Source: Gammaproteobacteria bacterium
GTDB lineage: Bacteria > Pseudomonadota > Gammaproteobacteria > SZUA-229
Direction: 5' to 3'
Assembly (NCBI GenBank): GCA_026195895.1
Contig: JAPHRO010000042.1
Span: forward strand, 19,086 to 83,085
DNA length: 64,000 nt
The notes under the pieces were generated by a model. The model was not told where the DNA came from, searched no databases, and saw nothing but the letters and a program-made list of their open reading frames with translations. Each line of letters opens with the position of its first letter. Position 1 is the stretch's first letter. Of this stretch, positions 31,352 to 41,016 are shown piece after piece. The position numbers and the translations under genes are program-made.

Positions 31352-32506
31352 ATGCATGCATCTCCAAATCCACTTGGTGATCTCTCCCCGGAAAATTTCT
31401 TAACAGAATACTGGCAAAAAAAAGTGCTGGTGGTCCGCCAGGCCTTGCCAGATTTTAAATCGCCGTTGACCGCAGAAGAACTGGCGGGCCTGTCCTGTGA
31501 GGAAGAAGTCAATTCCAGAATTGTCATGGAAAAAGACGGCGAGCATCCCTGGTATCCGATCTTCGGCCCCATGGATGATGAAGTTTTTTCCAGGCTGCCA
31601 GAAACTCACTGGACATTAATTGTTAATGATCTGGAAAAATATGTCCCCGAACTTGCCTGGATTGTTGATCGATTTCGCTTTATACCTGAATGGCGCTTTG
31701 ATGATTTAATGACCAGTTATGCAGCCGACCAGGGCTCCGTAGGCCCGCATCTGGATCTGTATGATGTGTTCATTATCCAGGGCCAGGGGAAACGCCGCTG
31801 GCAAATCAATACCCAGCCTGTTGCCACAGACAATCAGGTTGATAACACACCGCTACGCATTCAAAAAACATTTGCAGCCGAACAGGAATGGATACTGGAA
31901 CCCGGTGATATGATTTATATCCCACCCAATGTATCCCATTATGGCGTATCACTGGGCGAAAGCATTAGTTATTCTGTTGGCTATCGCGCTACCAGTCATG
32001 CTGATCTGGTCAATGATTTTGTCGGCTATATTACCCAAAATCTGGCACCGCAACTTACTTATCAGGATCCAGATTTAAAGCTCCAGAAACATCCGAACGA
32101 AATAACACCGGATGCCATCAAACGCATAGCTGACATATTCAAAAATTATCTGAATCCTGAACACCCGGAACTGCTCAAATGGTTTGGCCAATATACCAGC
32201 GACACCAGAACAGATCTCATCACTGAACCTGAACAGCCGATCCATACCATTTACGACTTACCCCTGTTGCCGGGCAGCAATAAAGCATTGATAAGACACC
32301 CCGCCAGTCGTTTTGCCTTTTCACGAAACCATGACACTGCATTACTTTTTATTGATGGCGCCAGCTACACCACCTCAATTAGTTTTGCTGAAAATATTTG
32401 TCACAACCGAAAAATCAATCTGGAAACCCTGTTGAGCCAGTCCCGGCAGGATGATGAAAAATTAATCATAGAACTCTATAACCGGGGCAAGATTTATATT
32501 GCTTAA
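31352..32506 (+). CDS. roxA: JmjC/cupin-4 ribosomal protein L16 arginine hydroxylase (RoxA/YcfD homologue)
   Basis: Collinear similarity to E. coli YcfD (EELAGL, WYPIFGPMDD, FIPEWRFDDLM, GPHLDLYDVFIIQGQGKRRW, GDMIYIPP). The position next to purB is as in E. coli. The start is set at MHAS (31352) rather than the track start at 31289. Confidence 0.8.
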   Translation: MHASPNPLGDLSPENFLTEYWQKKVLVVRQALPDFKSPLTAEELAGLSCEEEVNSRIVMEKDGEHPWYPIFGPMDDEVFSRLPETHWTLIVNDLEKYVPELAWIVDRFRFIPEWRFDDLMTSYAADQGSVGPHLDLYDVFIIQGQGKRRWQINTQPVATDNQVDNTPLRIQKTFAAEQEWILEPGDMIYIPPNVSHYGVSLGESISYSVGYRATSHADLVNDFVGYITQNLAPQLTYQDPDLKLQKHPNEITPDAIKRIADIFKNYLNPEHPELLKWFGQYTSDTRTDLITEPEQPIHTIYDLPLLPGSNKALIRHPASRFAFSRNHDTALLFIDGASYTTSISFAENICHNRKINLETLLSQSRQDDEKLIIELYNRGKIYIA

Positions 32507-32509
32507 CCC

Positions 32510-32938
32510 ATGGACTTTAAACTTCTTCAAACCAGCTGGAACGATAAGCAACAAGCGCTTTCATATATAAGAAGTGAAGTTTTTATCAGGGAACAGCAGG
32601 TTCCTGCAGAACTGGAATGGGACGACGAAGATCAAAACTGCATCCATATACTGGCAACAGATATTGATGACCAGCCTGTCGCTACCGCAAGAATGAAGCC
32701 CGATGGCCACATAGGTAGAATGGCCGTGCTCAGGGCATTCAGAAACCAGGGCATAGGCTCTGCCATACTAAATAAACTAACTGATATAGCTAAACAACAA
32801 AAAATTAATAAACTATATCTGCACGCGCAAACTTCGGCCATAAACTTTTATGCACAACACGGCTTTGCTATCTGCAGTAACGAATTCATGGATGCCGGCA
32901 TCCCCCATAGAACTATGGAGAAAATTCTGCCATATTAG
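32510..32938 (+). CDS. GNAT-family N-acetyltransferase
   Basis: 142 aa with the RMAVLRAFRNQGIGSAIL acetyl-CoA binding motif. Confidence 0.7.
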   Translation: MDFKLLQTSWNDKQQALSYIRSEVFIREQQVPAELEWDDEDQNCIHILATDIDDQPVATARMKPDGHIGRMAVLRAFRNQGIGSAILNKLTDIAKQQKINKLYLHAQTSAINFYAQHGFAICSNEFMDAGIPHRTMEKILPY

Positions 32939-32943
32939 TAATA

Positions 32944-33492
32944 TTGAAGTGGAATAGAGAGAACCGGATCATGAGCCTTTTTGATATCACAAACTTCGAG
33001 CGACAGGGAAACACCGTCAATGACATCCATCTCGATAATATTGATGATATTCGTAAATTTGTTATTCAGCTTTCTGCCACTGCGCTGCGCACAGTAAAAA
33101 TATTTACACCGAATTTGGAACGTGAAATTTATGACAATGAATACTTTCGTAATAATTTACTCAAATTCGCACGCGGCAATCGGCACGCACAGATTCAAAT
33201 ACTGGTAAACGACTTATCTTCAGCCATACACAATGGCCACCAGCTCATCCGGTTAGCGCAACAACTCCCATCGGCCATGCAAATAAAAACCACACCGGAA
33301 GATTATCAGGACACCAGCATGGCCTTTATTCTGGTTGATCAGTCTGGTTTTGTATTCAAACCTGACAGGAACGTTCAAAATGCAATATACAACACAGACT
33401 GCAAACACAGAGCAAACAAACTGCTGGAATTCTTTACCCCCGCCTGGGAACAGGCAGAACAGGATCCGCATAGCAGACAATTTAGAATATAA
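32944..33492 (+). CDS. hypothetical protein
   Basis: 182-aa ORF tightly packed after the GNAT gene. No recognisable domain. Confidence 0.4.
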   Translation: MKWNRENRIMSLFDITNFERQGNTVNDIHLDNIDDIRKFVIQLSATALRTVKIFTPNLEREIYDNEYFRNNLLKFARGNRHAQIQILVNDLSSAIHNGHQLIRLAQQLPSAMQIKTTPEDYQDTSMAFILVDQSGFVFKPDRNVQNAIYNTDCKHRANKLLEFFTPAWEQAEQDPHSRQFRI

Positions 33493-33706
33493 CTGTATAG
33501 TATTTTGTTGTTCTTTACAGGCAATACCCGCTATTAATACTGACAAAACATATCAGAAAAACCTTACAATAACTGATGAAAAACACCATATACGGTTCTT
33601 AAAAGAAAAGACATACTAACAGCCAGATTGGTACAGGACGTACCGATATGAGCAATCAACTGCTCTAGTTTAGGGAAACTTCAATCACCTTGTCAGGGAA
33701 GATAGT

Positions 33707-33737
33707 AAAACCGGCCAATGGATGGCCGGTTTTTTTA
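33707..33737. terminator. bidirectional rho-independent terminator at the core/accessory boundary
   Basis: AAAA-ccggcca-atgga-tggccgg-TTTTTTT. It serves the minus-strand subtilase-like gene (stop 33741) and possibly the plus-strand upstream genes. Confidence 0.65.
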
Positions 33738-33740
33738 TGC

Positions 33741-35765
33741 TTAGAAATCAATCATTCCAGTGGCTTTTCTCATGATAACAACCAGATCGCCTACATTAAA
33801 TTGACCATCAGGCGTGGGTACGCCGCTTATGAGTGGTGCGACATCTCCGTGAGCTAACTGTTCTGATGTGGGCGTCAGTTGACCACCAAGTATTTGCTGG
33901 GCAATAAGAATATCAACTACATTAACAATACCATCATTGTTAATGTCACCATCTGGCGAAACAGGAACAGAATTTAAATCTAGAGGATCACTGCCCGCAG
34001 CCACCTCTTCTCCATCATTGTAGCCATCACCATCTGTATCATAATTAAGTGAATCTGTTTCGCCTGCATCTACCACTCCATTCGCATTGATATCTTCTGC
34101 AATATCCAGCAGGCCATCATTGTCATCATCAGTATCGGCATTATTACCTGTACCGTCGTTATCAGTATCAGTGGTTTCTGTTGCATCTAATGGAAATGCA
34201 TCAGCAGCATTGGCTACGCCATCGCCATCTATATCATTATCACAAACATCACCTATTGCATCACCATCCAGATCTGCCTGATTAGCATTGAAAATGCTCG
34301 GGCAGTTATCCTGTACATCTGAAATAACATCACCATCAATATCTGATGCAATATGCCATGCTAAGGCATAATCCCACAGAAAATCACTCTGACCTGTTTT
34401 AGGTAGCACCTGGAGCAGATAATCCCTTCCAGCCGGTAATGATGTCCAGATATTTTCAGTATTATCAACGCTGCTTGTTGAGCTTATTAATAATGTTTGA
34501 CTGCCTGTTATGTCATACAGCATAAGATCAAGATCATAAATGGAAGAAGTACCATTAAAATTAAATTTATTTCCACCCGCAATATCAATATTCCAGGCCA
34601 GTGATGCTTTTAATATTTGTGGATTAGTACCCGTTGAGAAATAGTAGGAAGCAACATTATTGCTACCACTCGAACCACCAAATGAAGGATCATAGTCAAA
34701 TCCAAAGGTTCCAATGCTACCTGCACTAGAACCATCATCCTCGGCACTGTTTTGTTCACCGGCCGCTATGATGTGATAGCTATTATAAACATTAACCTGT
34801 CCCGCACCAAAACGCGCATCTAACCCGTTAGCAGTTTGATTTAGCTCTACTCGGTAATCAGTAATATTTGCCGTAGTACTGGTATTTTTTGTTAAACGAT
34901 CAGCCCCTGCAAGTAACGCAGCTTTTATAGTTTCTGACCTTTCTGCGTTGTAAATAGTATCGCCATTACGATTTGAAGTTGAACCATTTGAAAGACCAGG
35001 ATTAGAATGCCCTGTTTCTATTAATATTGCAGCTGTTGCAGCAACCACAGGTGTTGCATTACTTGTCCAGGCGAAAGGTGCAACGATCTCGGTACGTGTT
35101 CTGCCCGCAACATAAGTTGAATCGATCTGTGCAGAACCCGTGCTGTGTAAGCCATCAGTTTTTCCAACTGTCACCACATTATATGCAGCGCTTAGTAGAT
35201 TAGAATTTATTCCAGTACTATTTTTTGTACCCACAAACTGTAAAAATTCATCCGTTTCAATAACCCAGTCAAGTCTTCTTAAAATATCTGAGTCATAGCT
35301 CAAATTACCGGTAGCACCTACCCAGCTATGATTCCCAATACGACTTGTGGAAGATATTGGCTGCCAGGAAGACCCAAATCTCAAATAATCTGCCTGTAAC
35401 CAGTTATTTACTTCATAAACATAAATGTTGATAACTCCATTTGCCATGGCATAATTGCCATAAAAAGTCCCTCCTACACCAGTTGCATGTGCAGATGGCG
35501 CATCATTTAAATTGCTGACATTTGTGATTATTTTCCCAGTAAAACGTGTGTCAGTGATATCAGGAAAATATAAATATGGAGAACCGACAACACCATCGGT
35601 ATCTGCCTCAGCCTGACTAACAGTGACACTGTTACCATTGGGTAAATTTATACCTAATTCTGTTGCCAGTTTTGTGTGACCGATATCATCCTTATAGGCA
35701 TAGGAAAGACCGCTGTGGAGTAGCAATAAACAGCTAATGACAATGATACAAGCTCGATCAAACAT
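33741..35765 (-). CDS. secreted subtilase-like (S8) protein with thrombospondin-type-3 Ca-binding repeats and two C-terminal dockerin-like repeats
   Basis: It has a signal peptide. Subtilase-like motifs are SAHATGVGG (His), NHSWVG (Asn) and WTSNATPVVAATAAIL (Ser). A long D-x-D-x-D run (DGDAIGDVCDNDIDGDGVANAAD...) gives the TSP3 repeats. DINNDGIVNVVDILIAQQIL and GDLVVIMRKATG are dockerin-like. Confidence 0.55.
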   Translation of the reverse strand: MFDRACIIVISCLLLLHSGLSYAYKDDIGHTKLATELGINLPNGNSVTVSQAEADTDGVVGSPYLYFPDITDTRFTGKIITNVSNLNDAPSAHATGVGGTFYGNYAMANGVINIYVYEVNNWLQADYLRFGSSWQPISSTSRIGNHSWVGATGNLSYDSDILRRLDWVIETDEFLQFVGTKNSTGINSNLLSAAYNVVTVGKTDGLHSTGSAQIDSTYVAGRTRTEIVAPFAWTSNATPVVAATAAILIETGHSNPGLSNGSTSNRNGDTIYNAERSETIKAALLAGADRLTKNTSTTANITDYRVELNQTANGLDARFGAGQVNVYNSYHIIAAGEQNSAEDDGSSAGSIGTFGFDYDPSFGGSSGSNNVASYYFSTGTNPQILKASLAWNIDIAGGNKFNFNGTSSIYDLDLMLYDITGSQTLLISSTSSVDNTENIWTSLPAGRDYLLQVLPKTGQSDFLWDYALAWHIASDIDGDVISDVQDNCPSIFNANQADLDGDAIGDVCDNDIDGDGVANAADAFPLDATETTDTDNDGTGNNADTDDDNDGLLDIAEDINANGVVDAGETDSLNYDTDGDGYNDGEEVAAGSDPLDLNSVPVSPDGDINNDGIVNVVDILIAQQILGGQLTPTSEQLAHGDVAPLISGVPTPDGQFNVGDLVVIMRKATGMIDF

Positions 35766-35821
35766 ATTAAAATAACTTTTTATAATTTAGATTGTCTATA
35801 CGACTAAAATCATTCAATGCA

Positions 35822-36445
35822 TTAATATCTTACTTTTAATCTACGTCGGCTCATTGAAAATAACCCCAGCAATCCAGAACCGAATAACCACACAGAAGCT
35901 GGCACAGGTACCGCACTAACCTGCATAGTCATCTCTACAGTCATTCCCTGATATGGACCTGCAGTTTGCATCGAATCCCAAACAAGCTCATAACTCCATT
36001 CATCCAGGCTTGTTACCGTGGCATTGCCGCCAATACTATACTCACCTATATAATCATCTCTTGAATTCCAGTTGGCAAACATTGATGTCATATCTGCTGT
36101 CATGGTATTCAAATCAATACCTGGTGCACTTAATCCTGTTAAACGATCTATCTCACCATCTTTTCCCGATGGCGCAAAATACGTATAAAGATCAATATCT
36201 AAATATTGAAATAATTCAATACCAGCATTAGTAGCCAAACTGTCCGTGCCTATTGCACTGGCACTCCCATCAAACACACCATCAGTAAAAGTACCATTAC
36301 CACCAAACACAACGGGCACACCATCATTTGGACTACCTCCAGTAGGTTCAACTACATTCATTGTCCCCCCAAGCACGCTCCATGTCGCAGCATTAGAGAT
36401 AGGAGTAATTATTATTAATACAAACATAAATATTATTTTTATCAT
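35822..36445 (-). CDS. secreted protein with VPxPA-type PEP-CTERM (VPLPA-CTERM-like) sorting tag
   Basis: Has a signal peptide. C-terminus AVPVPASVWLFGSGLLGLFSMSRRRLKVRY = motif + TM helix + Arg cluster, the exosortase-substrate architecture. Confidence 0.75.
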   Translation of the reverse strand: MIKIIFMFVLIIITPISNAATWSVLGGTMNVVEPTGGSPNDGVPVVFGGNGTFTDGVFDGSASAIGTDSLATNAGIELFQYLDIDLYTYFAPSGKDGEIDRLTGLSAPGIDLNTMTADMTSMFANWNSRDDYIGEYSIGGNATVTSLDEWSYELVWDSMQTAGPYQGMTVEMTMQVSAVPVPASVWLFGSGLLGLFSMSRRRLKVRY

Positions 36446-36518
36446 TTTTTATTCCTTTTTTGTTCGCGGTTTATTTTAAATTAATTTATTATTTGCTTTC
36501 TTCTGCTGCCTAATCAAA

Positions 36519-37421
36519 TTACTGAAAATACTCCATGATTGGTGTTAATACTATTTCACTGCCATTGACATCATAGATAGTCGAACTAAGCAATGTAAGA
36601 TTAGGCGAGGAACTCAAGCCTCGTGGATGGAGCACATAAATTTTTAAATAAGTATGATCAACCCCCTGTGGCGCAACAACATCAATAAACAGTTGATCCC
36701 CATTCTGGCGCCAGTAAACCATACGCTGTGTTTTACCAAATGCTCCTGTATTTGAGACTGAACCTCGTACTGTTGATTCTGGAACATAAATATTAATATC
36801 GTCTGGATTTAAAACAGTCTGATCAAAATCAATAACAAGCGAAGCGGCTCCAATCTCAATTCCATCATCAATGCCAAAGCTGATTTTAGCATGGGGTGCC
36901 GGTTCTAATTTTGTAAAATCTAATGCCAAATCAAGTGTTAGTGATTTACGCCAAAAGCTATCGTCAACACCAACACCAGGAATTATTTCCAGATTAATTT
37001 TATATGGTGCAGCAATACCTGAACTATCGTCATTCTTAGCGGGATCAACCGTCAAGTATGCACTTCCTGCAGGAACATTAGCGGGTATATCGACAACCAA
37101 AACAGTCTGCACAGGCTCATGCCCATTAAACCATGAAAAATAACTATCTATATAACGTGAATAATGTGTACCTTCAGCACGACCGTCAGCGCGTAGATTA
37201 AATACAGAACGCACCAAACCCAATGCCTGTAAATCCCATTCCGTTTCGTTAATATCTGTTAGAGTAACAAGCGTCGTTTCTTTACGAGCATTCTCAGACC
37301 CCCCAATCATTGCTGAAACCGTATCACCAGCACGCGCTACGGTTGGGAAAGTATTAACACCCGCACAGCCCTGTAATATCATTATGAGCATCACACCCAA
37401 AGCTGAAATAAACTTTATCAT
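36519..37421 (-). CDS. lipoprotein of unknown function (no C-terminal sorting tag)
   Basis: Lipobox ILQGCAG. A 300-aa beta-rich protein located between two sorting-tag genes. Confidence 0.5.
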   Translation of the reverse strand: MIKFISALGVMLIMILQGCAGVNTFPTVARAGDTVSAMIGGSENARKETTLVTLTDINETEWDLQALGLVRSVFNLRADGRAEGTHYSRYIDSYFSWFNGHEPVQTVLVVDIPANVPAGSAYLTVDPAKNDDSSGIAAPYKINLEIIPGVGVDDSFWRKSLTLDLALDFTKLEPAPHAKISFGIDDGIEIGAASLVIDFDQTVLNPDDINIYVPESTVRGSVSNTGAFGKTQRMVYWRQNGDQLFIDVVAPQGVDHTYLKIYVLHPRGLSSSPNLTLLSSTIYDVNGSEIVLTPIMEYFQ

Positions 37422-37670
37422 TATAAATCCTCGACTTTACCTGGCGCAGCAATCGCTAAATATGTGACAAATGAAAAACATATCATTAGGAAGTATTTAA
37501 ATGCATTTTGGTACACGTGCTGATTCTTGAACAAAAAAAGCTTCATAAATTCAATCTAATTACAATTGCAAAATTCATACCCATATGAGGTTATCTATAG
37601 TTATCAATCAGTTGGATAATAAGCTATTAATACCCATGCCATAAAAGTAAATAGTTTCGACAACAATAAG

Positions 37671-37700
37671 GTATTGCATAAAAAAGGACAGCATATAGCT
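37671..37700. terminator. rho-independent terminator downstream of the 471-aa sorting-tag gene
   Basis: AAAAAA-ggacagc-atata-gctgtcc-TTTTTT, a perfect 7-bp stem. Confidence 0.6.
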
Positions 37701-37732
37701 GTCCTTTTTTATACTTATTAATCAAATATTAT

Positions 37733-39148
37733 TTAATTAAGCTTTTTTCTTCTTGCTGCTCCAATTAAGCCTATCAATCCAGATCCGAACAACCAAACTG
37801 CCGCAGGTACAGGCACTGCACTAAGATCCTGAACAACTACACCTTCAAGGTTGACAAAATCACCATCAGTATTAAATGCGGATGCAGGAATACCCGACAT
37901 ATCACCATATTCAGTAAAATCAATTGCGTCAATTATGCGTAACCCATCGGCACGTAATATAAACCCATAACCTGAAAAAGCATTATTATGCAGCACAACA
38001 TTCTCCATCACCTCACCCGTTCTCGTATCGATTGCTTCAACAAAATCACCATTAGCATCATAAATCGCTTCTATATAGATTTCGTCAGCTGCATTAAATA
38101 CTTCGTCAATATTTTCCTGATGAGAAACAGTCAATGTAGAAGCATCGTATGTAGATGTATCTAAAAGACGAACAAAGACTCTACCTGGCACTGAACCGCC
38201 CCCCATAAAGGAGACCTGGTTATAGAAATCCTCATCAACCCCTGCTCCACCGACTTCATTCAGGCCCGTCGCAGGATTTACTGCGCCCGCTGTAGGATTG
38301 GTATTATTTACAACTGCATCAGCAGTGTAAGTATAGGTGGAACCATCTGGAAACTCAGTTTCAATAGTTAAGGAACCATAACTGCGCATCTGAAAATCAG
38401 GAACAATCTGCAGCGCCCCTTCACCTGGGGTGCCATCGCCTTCAAGACCCACCCTGCCCATATATGATTCAAAAGCAAAATCAAACTGAACCTGCCCGGC
38501 CATTGCCTCCAGCGCACCTGGATTGCTTGCAGTTACTGAACCACACCAGCCAGTCGCATCTGATAAGGCATACGGTTTAAATTGAATCGCCGTATCATAA
38601 GTACCATCGTCAACAAAGCGAGGATAACCAGCGGTTTCTGGGTCTGGGTCGGGATTGTTTAGATCCATCGTATATTCAAACGTACGATAGTATTCAAATG
38701 ACATGTCTTCTCGCCTAACCAGATAATCACCATCATAATCAATTTGCATATTATTGAACGTGGAGCCAGCAACAGTTGTATAAGCCTTATCATAAAAATT
38801 AACCTGTGAGTCCATACTCGCATCAGTATAAATTTCAGGATAACCATTACTAAATGTATAACCTGCATCAGGCGTTAAGCCATCTGGCCCGGTAGTTACA
38901 ACATGCTGAATTTGGCCTACACCACCGGTAGGATCAAGAGTATTTCCTTCAGCCAGACCACCAAAACCATTAACTGAACCGAAGTCCATTGCGGTACGAC
39001 CATCTGGACCAGCATAACCCCAGTCATCAAAAGTTGCGGTACCATTAGTGATAGACGTCACCCATACTTCGGCATTTGCTGCACCATTTGCTGATAACGC
39101 CAATAAAATAGCAAATTGAATTTTTTTTATCTTATTTAATTTCATCAT
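37733..39148 (-). CDS. secreted 471-aa protein with VPxPA-type PEP-CTERM sorting tag
   Basis: Has a signal peptide. C-terminus LSAVPVPAAVWLFGSGLIGLIGAARRKKLN. Confidence 0.75.
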   Translation of the reverse strand: MMKLNKIKKIQFAILLALSANGAANAEVWVTSITNGTATFDDWGYAGPDGRTAMDFGSVNGFGGLAEGNTLDPTGGVGQIQHVVTTGPDGLTPDAGYTFSNGYPEIYTDASMDSQVNFYDKAYTTVAGSTFNNMQIDYDGDYLVRREDMSFEYYRTFEYTMDLNNPDPDPETAGYPRFVDDGTYDTAIQFKPYALSDATGWCGSVTASNPGALEAMAGQVQFDFAFESYMGRVGLEGDGTPGEGALQIVPDFQMRSYGSLTIETEFPDGSTYTYTADAVVNNTNPTAGAVNPATGLNEVGGAGVDEDFYNQVSFMGGGSVPGRVFVRLLDTSTYDASTLTVSHQENIDEVFNAADEIYIEAIYDANGDFVEAIDTRTGEVMENVVLHNNAFSGYGFILRADGLRIIDAIDFTEYGDMSGIPASAFNTDGDFVNLEGVVVQDLSAVPVPAAVWLFGSGLIGLIGAARRKKLN

Positions 39149-39335
39149 TTTATATCTCTAATTAAGGCGGCCTGATATAACAACAAACTACTAAAAATTA
39201 TTCTGATTAACAATCTAGCTTAAACTAACAAATAAATATGTATCTAATATCACTTTAATATAAGCAATTTTTATAAAATATATTAAACACCTGCGCGTTA
39301 ATAAATTTATTTGGTTTACGAATACCAACTACTTA

Positions 39336-39367
39336 AAAAAGAAAAAGAAAAAGAAAAAGAAAAAGAA
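39336..39367. repeat. hexanucleotide simple sequence repeat (AAAAAG)5-6
   Basis: Read directly: aaaaagaaaaagaaaaagaaaaagaaaaagaaa. It lies about 190 bp upstream of the start of gene 37733..39148 (minus strand), in an AT-rich promoter region. Confidence 0.8.
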
Positions 39368-39462
39368 ATAAATTTTAAATTAAGTTTCACTAAGTATTAA
39401 TATATTTGTTTAAATAAGAAATCTTCCTTAATTAAAAAATATTTTTCTCTATTAAGTTTGCC

Positions 39463-39499
39463 TAAAAAAAAATGGGGACCAATGGCCCCCATTTTTTCT
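39463..39499. terminator. bidirectional rho-independent terminator downstream of gene 39523..40212
   Basis: AAAAAAAA-atggggacc-aat-ggcccccat-TTTTTT. Confidence 0.6.
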
Positions 39500-39522
39500 G
39501 GATTTTCTAACGAATTTCCAAA

Positions 39523-40212
39523 TTAAGCAGCTTTACGACGACGCGCAACACCTGCCAGGCCAATCAGGCCAGAACCGAACAACCATACTGCTGCTGGAAC
39601 AGGAACTGCAGCTACTACACCTTCAAGATGCAGACCATAGCCAAAGCCTGAGAAACCACCTGATGGTACGATCGCCTGGTAATCAAGAGTAAAAGTATCA
39701 CCTACAGCACAATCTACCGCACAAGTCAGAGTCGCGTTAGCGCCGGCACCCATATCGATAGGACCGTCTTCTCCAGCGGCTACGTCACCCCACCATACAG
39801 TCCAGCCAGACATGTCGATTGAAGCAGTGGCACCAGAAGCTGAAGCAATAGTCAGTCCATCAGCATCAGAAGTGTAGTGCTCACCTGGGTTACCACCAAA
39901 AGACCAAACCAGATCAACTTCACCGCGAGCTTGAGCTGAACCCAAAGTAATACCATTAGCAGCATTTGCGATAATTACACGCTCTTCTTGAGCTAAAGTG
40001 CCATCGCCATTTGTATCCATTACAAAGTAACTGCCACCTGCTGTAGTAGTCGCACCAAAAGTACAGGTAGGATAAGTACCACCAGCCTGACATGCGCCAA
40101 TACCGTCATCAAAGTTAAGAACTGCATCAGATGCCAGTGTTGCGTTTGCGTTGCTGCTTACACCAGCAGTTAAAGCCAGAGCCACAGCTGAGCCAAGAAA
40201 TTTTTTATTCAT
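39523..40212 (-). CDS. secreted 229-aa protein with VPxPA-type PEP-CTERM sorting tag; its N-domain is paralogous to gene 42382..44232
   Basis: C-terminus VVAAVPVPAAVWLFGSGLIGLAGVARRRKAA. The N-domain DAVLNFDDGIGACQAGGTYPTC...MGAGANATLTCAVDCAVGDTFTLDYQAIVPSGGFSG aligns with the N-terminus of the 616-aa protein. Confidence 0.75.
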   Translation of the reverse strand: MNKKFLGSAVALALTAGVSSNANATLASDAVLNFDDGIGACQAGGTYPTCTFGATTTAGGSYFVMDTNGDGTLAQEERVIIANAANGITLGSAQARGEVDLVWSFGGNPGEHYTSDADGLTIASASGATASIDMSGWTVWWGDVAAGEDGPIDMGAGANATLTCAVDCAVGDTFTLDYQAIVPSGGFSGFGYGLHLEGVVAAVPVPAAVWLFGSGLIGLAGVARRRKAA

Positions 40213-40283
40213 ATTTAAAGCACTCCAAAATATTCATTTTTAGTTTTGTAACAGAAACTGAATCTCTGTTAGTGCCAGAACAA

Positions 40284-40300
40284 AAGCAACGCCCGTGCCA
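40284..40300 (-). promoter_or_regulatory. sigma-54 (-24/-12) promoter for sorting-tag gene 39523..40212
   Basis: Reverse complement reads TGGCACG-ggcg-TTGCTT, a perfect match to the TGGCACG-N4-TTGCW consensus, about 70 nt upstream of the start codon. This is consistent with control by the sigma-54 activator PrsR. Confidence 0.6.
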
Positions 40301-40745
40301 TTTCTATTTTTATTTGTATTTTCAATGACTTATAAAATCGATCACATTTCCAGCCTGGTAAACACCATAAAAATGTAAATCTTCCCGACAAATACAGCAA
40401 TTAATCATTTTATATAGCATTTCCGATTAAAAACAATCACTTGGAAAGCTCTCTGAGGGTAATATATAAAATATTGAACAGCTGTTTTGTATATTACTGC
40501 ATACGATCTGGTCAATTTTTGGCCATTTTTATGAAAAACTTACACCAGGAAAAAGAAAATAGTGTAAATAATACTGACAAGCCATAATTAAATCGCATTC
40601 TACTGAGCCCACACCTTAATAATCGGGTACCAAGGCACCCCTTAATCACTGTCATTAGCTCACCCTGTGCAGAAAATTTACCTCCGGTGCATGATGATAA
40701 GATGGTAATCTGTCGGAAAATAAGCAGTGCTCTACGAAACTTGTA

Positions 40746-40779
40746 TTCAGCTGAACAGGTAGACTAAATAGTTAGTCTA
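40746..40779. promoter_or_regulatory. two adjacent perfect palindromes (ttcagctgaa; tagactaa-atag-ttagtcta) in the 800-bp intergenic region
   Basis: Read directly. They lie about 240 bp upstream of the FadL-like gene. Candidate transcription-factor operator. Confidence 0.3.
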
Positions 40780-41016
40780 GATTAAATAACAAATTTACAA
40801 ATACACTCAATGAAACAATATTAGAACATTGTAATATCCGTTTGTTTTTTACATATTCCAAAATTTCCCTCTTAATTTATAAAGTTCCATTCTTGACAAT
40901 TAAAAATACTCTGCTCATGATATCCGCGAAATTATATGTATAAATTAGAAGCGCTCCATTTCTTCATTTAACAATAATTAAAAATACATAATAAAATTCT
41001 CATGGGAGAAAAATAG

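Noticed and set aside
34087-34281. Ser-rich 64-aa ORF antisense to the TSP3-repeat region
   Set aside because: It is an artefact of the repetitive GAT/GAC-rich Asp codons read on the opposite strand.
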